NCBI RefSeq assembly: GCF_006345805.1
Contig: NW_021825893.1
Coordinates: 1 to 14,107 of the forward strand
Source: Octopus sinensis
Lineage: Eukaryota
Direction of reading: 5' to 3'
Length of the DNA stretch: 14,107 bases
In this document: piece by piece, positions 1 through 7,656 of the stretch
How the letters are laid out: every line of letters starts with the position of its first letter
Position numbering within the stretch: position 1 is the stretch's first letter
Notes under the pieces: model-generated
What the model was told of the DNA's origin: nothing
Databases searched by the model: none
The model's input: only the letters and a program-made list of their open reading frames with translations
Position numbers and translations under genes: made by a program

Positions 1-516
1 TTCATCGATTTGTGAAGAGTTGAAAAGCAGGAATAACTGGACCCTATCAAACTTTTAGAACACTTTATTATATATTTATAGCCTTGAACACACGTATAGG
101 TACTTATGCACCTATGCGCGCGCGCGTGTGTGTTTGTGTGTGTGTGTGTGTGTGCGTGCATGTATGTATGAATTTACCTATGTATCTATACATATTCATA
201 CGCATGCACTTTTTTATATATGTGAATTCAGTTTTTCCAACATATTGCGCGTGGGTGTGTGATATAAATCTGTGTATGTGTGGTGTGGGGTAGTTGGTAG
301 GTTGGTATATGCGTGTTTTGTGTGTGTTAGAGAGAGAGAGGGGAAAGAGACAGAGAGAACGATGAGGGAATTATTGTCAATTTCTTTAAATTATTGAATC
401 TTTTCATTCAAAGTCACTAACAATTACCTTCTAGTTTTCGTATCTTTTCTGTCTCAAGGAAGGAAATTTGGTACAGAAGCCGCACAATATCATAATAATA
501 CCCTCCACAGAAATTC

Positions 517-710
517 TTTTATTCTCTTATTCTTTTATTCTTTTACTTGCTTCAGTTATTTGACGGCGGCCATGTCGAACAAATTGACCTCAGGACTTAT
601 TCTTTGTAAGCCTAGTACTTATTCTATCGGTCTCTTTTGCTAAGTTACGGGGACGTAAACACACCAACATCGGTTGTCAAGCGACGGTGGGGGGACAAAC
701 ACAGACACAA

Positions 711-713
<3 letters not shown>
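517..713 (-). mobile_element. 3' half of bipartite tRNA/CORE-type SINE (family 2), with (TTTTATTC)n tail
   Basis: Reverse-complement similarity to 13374-13546 (TTGACAACCGATGTT..GTTTACGTC.CCGTAACTTA..GATAGAATAAGTA..AGGCTTACAAAGAATAAGTCC) and to 10906-11100. Confidence 0.8.
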
Positions 714-754
<41 letters not shown>

Positions 755-762
755 TGTGTGTG
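714..762. repeat. (TG)n microsatellite inside SINE
   Basis: Directly visible. Confidence 0.95.
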
Positions 763-796
763 TGTAAAATAATATGTGACAATTATTCGGTAGCTA

Positions 797-859
797 AGAT
801 AAAATTCTGAGTTTCGGATGCCGAGATAGAAATCCACACCACCATTTCTTCGGTTATCT
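797..859 (-). ncRNA. Mirror copy of the HHR-like motif in the left palindrome arm (G16.2 to A, probably damaged)
   Basis: Reverse complement reads AGAUAA CCGAAGA ... GAAACUCAGAAUU UUAUCU. Confidence 0.45.
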
Positions 860-882
860 GGCCATTCATATTTGAAGATGGC

Positions 883-944
883 AGATAACCGAAGAAATGG
901 TGGTGTGGATTTCCATCTCGCATCCGAAACTCAGAGTTTTATCT
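883..944 (+). ncRNA. Type I hammerhead ribozyme-like motif (core CCGAAGA ... GAAA, GUU site)
   Basis: Stem I AGAUAA(883-888)/UUAUCU(939-944), 6 bp. Core CCGAAGA 889-895. Imperfect helix II 896-925. GAAA 926-929. Stem III ACU-CAG-AGU. Predicted cleavage after U938. Confidence 0.55.
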
Positions 945-1048
945 TAGCTACCGAATAATTGTCACATATTATTTTACAAATAAATTTCCTCTATTTACAT
1001 AATATTGAAGGTCTCTTTCTTTCTTTTGTTCTCTTACCGTTTTACCAA

Positions 1049-1099
1049 TATATATAATATATATATATATCTATATATATATATATATATATATATATA
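1049..1099. repeat. (TA)n microsatellite
   Basis: Directly visible. Confidence 0.95.
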
Positions 1100-1100
1100 A

Positions 1101-1253
1101 TGGGCTTCTTTCAGTTTCCGTCTACCATTATCCTCTCTCTAGACTTTGGTCGGCCCGAGGCTATAGTAGAAGACACTTGCCCAAGATGTCACGCAGTGGG
1201 ACTGAACCCGGAACCATGTCGTTGGGAAGCAAGCTTCTTGCCAAACACCTGCA
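1101..1253 (-). mobile_element. 5' half of bipartite tRNA/CORE-type SINE (family 2)
   Basis: Minus strand has a tRNA-like head with B-box-like GGTTCCGGGTTCAGTCCC, then CORE-like CTTGGGCAAGTGTCTT. Homologous to 12908-13032 and 11110-11243. Confidence 0.85.
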
Positions 1254-1288
1254 AAAATTTAATTACTTTTATAGAACCCATACCACAA

Positions 1289-1560
1289 GCTGACACTCTG
1301 TCGATTCGGGTTGCAGTTGATCCGATCGACGGAACAGCCTACTGATGAAATTAACGTGCAAATGACTGCACATAAAATTAACGTAGTTCTCAAGGAGGCT
1401 CAGCGTGACAAAGCCGGCCCTTTGAAATATAGGTACAACTCATTTTTGCGAGATGAGTGGACTGGAGCAACGAGAAATAAAGTGTCTTGCTCAAGGACTC
1501 AACTTGCCGCCAGAAATTGAAATCAAGATCTTAAACCGTGAGCCGAATGCCCAAGCACAA
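1289..1560 (-). mobile_element. tRNA-derived SINE (family 3)
   Basis: Reverse-complement similarity to 13661-13967 (TTGAGCAAGACACTTTATTTC.CGTTGCTC.AGTCCA.TCA; TTGCACGTTAATTTCAT.AGTAGG.TGTTCC). Confidence 0.8.
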
Positions 1561-1580
1561 CAAAGTAATTACAGTAAAAA

Positions 1581-1806
1581 CAGTAATTCCTCGCTATATC
1601 GCGGTTCACCTATCGCGTTTATTATTTAAGCTTACGCTGATTCCTTCGAGGTGTTGTTTTGCATTTATAAGAAAAAATATATATACAAATCATAAAAATA
1701 GTTTTTAAAAATATATACAGTACAATACTGATTCTACTTCGCGGATTTTCACATATCGCGGTAGGTTTTGGAACGTAACATCTGCGATAGTCGAGGGGTT
1801 GCTGCA
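1581..1806. mobile_element. pogo/Tigger-type MITE (copy 1)
   Basis: Degenerate TIRs CAGTAATTCCTCGCTATATCGC (1581) and GCGATAGTCGAGGGGTTGCTG (ends 1804). Second copy at 11254-11432. Confidence 0.75.
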
Positions 1807-2024
1807 TTTATCGTATATGGCATTCGTCACGCCTAAATCTTTAACACTGCGCTATTGAGTTTTACTTATGCAAATTACTCTGGAGAATTTTCTCAAACTC
1901 TCTTTTTCTTTTCTTTTTTTTTTTCTTTGTAGATGTCACTGTGTGACACGACTTTTGTCCTTGGGTAGCAACTGTTATTTCTTATTTGCTTACCCCTAAA
2001 AAGTATGAAAAATGGCTAATATTT

Positions 2025-2222
2025 CCTTTAAACCTTGCTTTTGTTGCATTGATTCAAATTCCGAAGAATCACTCTCAGCACATGATTATGATTGCTCCCT
2101 CACCACTCCTGCTCATGATCAGAGATGCACACAATGTCAGCCACTAAAGGACATGCTCAAGTGGTAAAGGTCAAACAAGTGACAAGCAAAGCTGCGATAC
2201 TGAGCAGAATATTTGCTATAAC
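2025..2222. repeat. Degenerate fragment of an unclassified interspersed repeat
   Basis: TCATGATCAGAGATGCACA..GTCAGCCACTAA.GGACATGCTCAA..GAGCAGAATATTTGCT resembles a recalled octopus repeat. There is no second copy in the window to confirm it. Confidence 0.35.
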
Positions 2223-2588
2223 GATATTTCTGATTCAGCAGCTCAACGCTACATCTGCATGAAATGTAATGAGAAATAGATCAGTTTCAAAATATTGAGG
2301 TCCAGCAAACTTTGAAAGGAGTAGTTGTCATTTCCTTTGATTTCTAGACAGAAGCAAATAGGAAATAATACTTACAGATCAAAGTTAGAAAGAAAAAGAA
2401 TTTTGTTACACTGTGATTATTAAATTGTCCATATCTGTTCAGGCGAAAATGATAGTGTCTGCCGATGCCGCTTATTTTTTATGAATCTGATCAGAGATCA
2501 AAGAAGACTTAGGGAAGAGATAGGAATAGGTTCCCTCGACATAACTGCCTTGTATCCCAGGACTCTTAGGGCTAGTTACTCGGTGGTG

Positions 2589-2597
<9 letters not shown>

Positions 2598-2648
<51 letters not shown>
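2598..2648. repeat. (GTA)17 microsatellite
   Basis: Directly visible. Confidence 0.95.
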
Positions 2649-2655
<7 letters not shown>

Positions 2656-2705
2656 GTATTTCATGTATGTGTGTCTATATATATACATGTATGAATGAAT
2701 ATATG

Positions 2706-3250
2706 TACAGAGTGCGGTGAATATATTCTCAAAATTTCGCAAAAATGAAAATAACACTGACATCTCATTTTAACAGATATTTTTACCAAAATTGAAGAAA
2801 AATGTCTTGAAATACTAAAGAGTAGATTTATTCAATAAAATTGCCATTGGCTTCAACCATGGCCGTCAGATGACTTCGGAATCTTTGCCTTCAGTTCATC
2901 TTTGGTGTCACAAGGAGTTTTGTTCGTCTCTCGCTCAGCTGCGCCTCACACATAATAACCAAGGGGGTTATAGTCTGGGGAATTAGGTGGCCAGATGTTA
3001 GGGTTGATGTGGTCACAGAAATTGTCTGACAGTCATGACTGGGTTCTCCTGCTTGTGTTGCATGGTGCAGAGTCCTGTTGTCAGACATAGGGTCTTCCAG
3101 CAGCCACTCTCTTCATCCATGTAGGCCTCCATGTTGAGTCTGAAGCCGGAATAGAGGCCATAACTAGTGATCACTTCAAACACCATGACGTTGACTGGAT
3201 ATTTGATTTTTATCACTCTCGGTACATGTCCTCAGATTGACATCCAAACA
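2706..3250 (-). mobile_element. Tc1/mariner DNA transposon remnant, DD37D (maT) type, 3' half with one TIR
   Basis: TA + CAGAGTGCGGTG terminus at 2706-2719, downstream of a decayed transposase. Confidence 0.85.
2828..3225 (-). pseudogene. maT/DD37D transposase C-terminal half, with stops, frameshifts and deletions
   Basis: Reconstruction: VPRVIKIKYPVNVMVFEVITS..GFRLNMEAY / WMKRVAAGRPYV*QQDSAPCNTSRRTQS*LSDNFCDHINPNIWPPNSPDYNPLGYYV*GAAERETNKTPCDTKDELKAKI / RSHLTAMVEANGNFIE*. There are 37 residues between the D of QQD and the third catalytic position (here G, from GAT to GGT). Confidence 0.9.
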
Positions 3251-4099
3251 CTCTGAAATGTTCGTATTGGAACTTCCGGCGCGAATGCCAAGCAGTACAG
3301 CATATCGTTTCAAATTTCTGGCAGAGGGAACTGCGTCATGGCGCTGTTTTTTCTAACATACGGAGCCCAGCTGACCCTACTATACTGTATAGTCGATAAA
3401 ATAAAAATAAAAACAATGCGCACGCGCGAAATTATAAATATAGAATGGTGGCAATTTACCCATCGCACACTTATCCGCGTGTAGGATGTATATATGTATG
3501 TGTGAGTGTCCGCGTGTGTGTGCGTGTCTGTGTGTGTATGTCTACACATATGCATTATACTGGTGTTTGAGGGCAGTAGTGGTATTGATGTTGCTTAGGT
3601 GTTTGTGTAAAGGTGTAATGATTAACACTATAGGCCAGACTAAGGCCATCATCAATAACCTCAATAATGAATTTTCAAGGATTATTTCTGGGTTAAAGTG
3701 GAACATATGCTGACATTGCTTAAGATCAAATAAGGATTAGAATTAATGATAATCCCTACAGTAGCCACAAGTATTAATTTAGGCCATGATATTTTGGCAA
3801 AGACGTCAGCTAAGAAAGATAACTACGGGGAGGGAACGGAGAAACGGAGAAGGTGGGTATGTTTGTCTTTGTATTGGTGTTGCTTTGTGATATAAGAATT
3901 CTTTGTTGTTGGTATTGTTGTTGTTAACTGTTTCGTCTTTTTCTTCCCGTTAACGAGGTGTTTATAGATTTTATAAGCAGGTCATTAACGCAACTAAGAC
4001 ACTAGATGAAAACACGCATACATATACAAAGGTATACCTATATTTAACATACGTACATACATGCATACATACATACATACATACATGCACGCATACGTT

Positions 4100-4131
<32 letters not shown>

Positions 4132-4193
4132 CGTTCGTTGTACGCACTTGTATGTATATTGTATGCATAAATAGGTACATGTATGTATATATA

Positions 4194-4244
<51 letters not shown>

Positions 4245-4246
<2 letters not shown>

Positions 4247-4307
4247 TTCTTACTATGTCTATATTCTTTTTTGTGTTATATTTGTAAAACACCCCCCGGT
4301 AAAATTT
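4245..4307 (-). mobile_element. Short, diverged fragment of PLE family A pLTR tail (no HHR)
   Basis: TTTTTTGTGTTATATTTGTAAAACACCCCCCGGTAAAATTTC aligns with 4690-4735. Its flank 4129-4240 is duplicated at 4577-4660. Confidence 0.55.
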
Positions 4308-4330
4308 CATACGTTCATACATATATATAG

Positions 4331-4538
4331 TTAATCCAAACAAGAAAGCACAAAAAATACAACAACGCGAGGATGTGGAACAAATATAGTATTATTGGAC
4401 GCTCAGGAAAGAAGGAAAGAAGAGGGTTTAACGTTTCGAGCGGAGCTCTTCGTCGGAAAGATAGGAGAAGGAAGATCCAGAGAAGGAAGACAGAGGGAAA
4501 AAAATCGCCAACGGTACACACGTGGTCACATTTTGAAA
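4331..4538 (-). mobile_element. Probable PLE pLTR/3' end, family B
   Basis: Contains a compact HHR-like motif followed by a pyrimidine-rich tail, and is inserted between (TA)n tracts. Confidence 0.6.
4427..4459 (-). ncRNA. Minimal type I hammerhead ribozyme-like motif (core CCGACGA)
   Basis: Minus strand reads UUU CCGACGA A GAGC-UCC-GCUC GAA ACGU U AAA: 3-bp stem I, 4-bp stem II, palindromic ACGU stem III, GUU site. Confidence 0.65.
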
Positions 4539-4756
4539 TATATATATATATATATATATATATCTATATATATATATACACGTTCGTTGTACGCACTTGT
4601 ATGTATGTATATGTATGTATATGCATAAATAGGTTCATGTATGTGTGTATATATATATATATATTCTGCTGTGTCTGGGGAGAGACATTCTCTTTTGGTG
4701 TCTTATAATTTAACACACTCACCAGTAAAATTTTCAGTTATTTCTCTTTTATTTTT

Positions 4757-4794
4757 CTAAAAATTTTCGTTACGTCTTGCAACCTTTTCAATAT
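4757..4794 (-). ncRNA. Minimal HHR-like motif, U3-A8 variant (copy 1)
   Basis: UAUA UUGAAAA G GUUGC-AAGAC-GUAAC GAA AAUU U UUAG. Stem I is partly decayed. Confidence 0.55.
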
Positions 4795-4898
4795 ACGTTG
4801 ACTTTAGCCGTTACTCACATTGCATTCCCTTTTGTTCGTTTGTGCGCATATGTGTGGATCAGTGTGTGTGCCTATACATGCATGCATATATGTATATA

Positions 4899-5130
4899 TA
4901 TTTCTTTACTACCCACAAGGGGCTAAACATAGAGGGGACAAACAACGACAGACAAACGGATTAAGTCGATTACATCGACCCCAGTGCTTAACTGGTACTT
5001 TATTTATCGACTCCGAAAGGATGAAAGGCAAAGTCGACCTCGGCGGAATTTGAACTCAGAACGTAACGGCAGACGAAATACGGCTACGCATTTCGCCCGG
5101 CGTGCTAACGATTCTGCCAGCTCGCAGCCT
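4899..5130 (-). mobile_element. tRNA-derived SINE (family 1), full length, inserted in PLE copy 1
   Basis: Head GGC.GCGAGCTGGCAGAA, B box GAGTTCAAATTCC. Near-identical to 12218-12448. Possible 12-bp TSD T(A/G)TATGTATATA at 4887-4898 and 5131-5142. Absent from PLE copy 2. Confidence 0.92.
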
Positions 5131-5600
5131 TGTATGTATATATGCATGTATGTGTGTGTGTACATATGTATCTATCTATGTGTGTACCTTTGCATGTATG
5201 TATTCTGCATATTCATGTGTTTGCATGTCTGTGGTGTTTGAGTGTTTTTTTATGTATGTGCGTATGTGTGTGTATGTTTGTATATATATGTGTGTGTGTA
5301 CCTCTGTATCTTTGTGTGTGTATGTGTGTGTTTTGCAACTATGTACTGTGTTTCTATGTATGGATGTGCATCTCCATATGTGTGGACGTGTGTCTAAATA
5401 TGTGTCCTTGTATGAAGTAAAGTGTGTGTGTGTGTATGTATTTATGGTCATGTGTTTCAGTCTTCATTTACGTGTGTGTGCTTGTTTGTTCATATAACCT
5501 TTGTAATTATCCGTCCGTATGTTGATCTGTTTACTTTCATATCTATATTCACACACCCACACACATACACATAAATACACCTATCTACATATATATATAT

Positions 5601-5850
5601 TTCACCTTCGAAACGCAGAGTAGATGAAACCATAGCGACTGAAGAAGGGTTTTTTTCTTTTGCTATTTGTCCTGTACTCAATTTTTTTGTTGTTTAAAAA
5701 AATGTCCAGTTCTTTGGGTTTGTGTCTATGTTTTCGTTTCTCATTGTGTTCGACGTCTTTTTAGTGTCCTGTACTCATATATGCGTGTATATGTACATGT
5801 AGAGGTAGGTACGTACATATATGTTTATATATATACATATGTTTTATTTA
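5601..5850 (+). mobile_element. Insertion in PLE copy 1; possible 3' tail of a further PLE family
   Basis: Absent from copy 2. The interval 5592-5958 is flanked by the direct repeat CTATCTACATA (5581-5591, 5959-5969). It begins with CCTTCGAAACGCAGAGTA, which resembles an HHR 3' half. Confidence 0.4.
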
Positions 5851-5861
5851 TTAATATATAT

Positions 5862-5914
<53 letters not shown>

Positions 5915-6024
5915 GTACATGCATACACCTATACACACGCACACACACACACACATATCTATCTACATAAAAGCCCGCTATCTATTCTACTGTGTAAACT
6001 GTGGGTATGGGGGTATGATAACTA

Positions 6025-6186
6025 CTATGTATATTTCCTATTTAGTATAGGGGAAGTTTCATTTATGAGGTCGTACTTCTGTAGTTGTCTGAGTGTTGGG
6101 TCCTTTGTGTACTTGGATAAGATGCAGATGTCAAGTTGACTCAGGTTACCTCCACGTTGGTCCTTTGCATGCCGGTAGAGTTGGTA
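6025..6186 (-). pseudogene. C-terminus of Penelope-type GIY-YIG endonuclease (copy 1)
   Basis: YQLYRHAKDQRGGNLSQLDICILSKYTKDPTLRQLQKYDLINETSPILNRKYT*. This fits the PLE GIY-YIG end pattern (H..., IL..., LR..E..I...P.LN). The frame is open in both copies. Confidence 0.75.
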
Positions 6187-6392
6187 CACACGTGCACACA
6201 AACAAACAATATAAGAACGCAACTTGGATAACAGACAGAGTCAACAACTGTTGAAAAGGTTGTATGATGCAACGAAAATTTTAGGAAAAAAAAAGAAAGA
6301 AGTGGAGATTTTACCGGTGAGTGTGTTGAATTATAAGGCACAAAAGAGAATGGCTCTCCTCAGACACAACAAAATATGCTTCAACACACGAA

Positions 6393-6397
<5 letters not shown>
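6186..6397 (+). repeat. Inverted pLTR at the 5' truncation point of PLE copy 1
   Basis: Reverse complement of 4662-4860 and 6721-6930. It starts exactly where the ORF fragment is cut, at GGTACAC. Confidence 0.85.
6248..6284 (+). ncRNA. Minimal HHR-like motif, U3-A8 variant (inverted pLTR)
   Basis: CUG UUGAAAA G GUUGUA-UGA-UGCAAC GAA AAUU U UAG: 3-bp stem I with a GU pair, 6-bp stem II. Confidence 0.6.

Positions 6398-6458
<61 letters not shown>
6398..6458. repeat. (CA)n microsatellite
   Basis: Directly visible. Confidence 0.95.
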
Positions 6459-6467
<9 letters not shown>

Positions 6468-6625
6468 GTACAAAGTGAGATAGATGGTATTATCATTTTA
6501 CATATTGATGTATATTGTTTTGTTGGATTTGGATGTTCCTATTTATGTAGTTAATAAATAATATGAATTGGTAATATCTGTAAGTTGATGATTGAAATGA
6601 ATTTGTTCCTCCATTTTCTTATTTG

Positions 6626-6626
<1 letters not shown>

Positions 6627-6683
<57 letters not shown>

Positions 6684-6687
6684 TATA
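6627..6687. repeat. (TA)n microsatellite
   Basis: Directly visible. Confidence 0.95.
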
Positions 6688-6832
6688 TTCGTTTTGGGAT
6701 TTCGTTAGCAAGATTCTTATGTGAGTTCATGTGTTGAAGCACATTCTGTTATGTCTGGGGTGAGTCACTGCTTTAGTGCCTTATAATTTAACACACTCAC
6801 TGGTAAAATTTCCATTCAATCACATTTTTTTT

Positions 6833-6869
6833 CTAAAATTTTCGTTGCATCTTGCAATCTTTTCAATAG
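6833..6869 (-). ncRNA. Minimal HHR-like motif, U3-A8 variant (copy 2)
   Basis: CUA UUGAAAA G AUUGCA-AGA-UGCAAC GAA AAUU U UAG. Stem I CUA/UAG is perfect; there is an A-C mismatch at the base of stem II. Confidence 0.6.
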
Positions 6870-7516
6870 TTGTTGACCCTGTCCGTTACTCACGATGCGT
6901 TCTTTTTTGTTTGTTTGTGCGCATGTGTGTGGGTCAGTATGTGAGCGCATACACATGTACGTATATGTATATACGTATGTATGTATTATGTATGTATGTA
7001 TGTATGTATGTATGTATGTATGCAGGCATGTATGCATGCATGCAGGTGTGTGCATGTATGCATGTGTGTGTGTGTGTGGTGTGTGTGTGTGCGTATGTAT
7101 ATATGTATGTGTGTACGTTTGTATGTATGTTTTCTGCATATTCATGTGTTTGTGTGTTCGTGTTTGTGTATTTTTATGTGGTGTGTGTGTGTGTGTATGT
7201 TTGCATGTGTGCGTGTATGTGTGTGTGTACCTCTGTCTCCTTGTGTGTGCATGTCTGAGTGTGTGTGTGTGTGTGTACGGGTTTTAGTGACTATGTACTT
7301 TGTCTGTATGTATGGATGTGTATCTCCATATGTGCAGATGTGTGTCTGCATATGTGTCCTTGTGTGAAGTGAAGTGTGTGTGTATATGGTCATGCGTTTC
7401 AGTCTCCATTTGCGTACATATATGTGTATATGTGCTTCCCTGTTCATATTATCTATGTACCTATCCGTCTGTATGCGTATCTGTTTACTTTCATATCCAT
7501 TTGCCTACATACATAT

Positions 7517-7550
<34 letters not shown>

Positions 7551-7656
7551 CACACACACACACACACACATACATACATACATACATCTACATAGCCCAC
7601 TACCTATTCTACCTGTATATAAATATAAACTATTGGTATGGGGGTATGATTACCTA

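Larger units (their letters stand above)
763..1048 (+). mobile_element. Palindromic insertion (763-978) plus unpaired tail (979-1048); probable very short Penelope-like element with inverted pLTR, nested in the SINE
   Basis: 763-867 is the reverse complement of 874-978 with only ~5 differences and a ~6-nt loop. Each arm has an HHR-like motif. It interrupts the two halves of SINE family 2. Confidence 0.65.
4662..6397 (-). mobile_element. Penelope-like element family A, copy 1: 5'-truncated, with inverted 5' pLTR and two nested insertions
   Basis: On the minus strand: inverted pLTR (6186-6397), GIY-YIG C-terminus (6186-6025), long CA/TA-rich 3' region, HHR (4794-4757), tail (to 4662). Colinear with copy 2 (6721-7765). 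Confidence 0.8.

Noticed and set aside
763-978. Ginger-type MITE (TGT...ACA ends) or pre-miRNA
   Set aside because: No 4-bp TSD (TGTG vs AATA). The arms are too long and too perfect for a typical pre-miRNA. The asymmetric tail and HHR motifs fit a PLE better, though this is not fully excluded.
3620-3713. IGQTK as a GIY-YIG 'YIG' motif
   Set aside because: No upstream GIY/VY motif and no downstream R..EH; a five-residue match is expected by chance.
3560-3830. Mitochondrial insertion (hydrophobic minus-strand frame ISWPKLILVATVGIII)
   Set aside because: No recognisable mitochondrial protein motif, and the frame is short.
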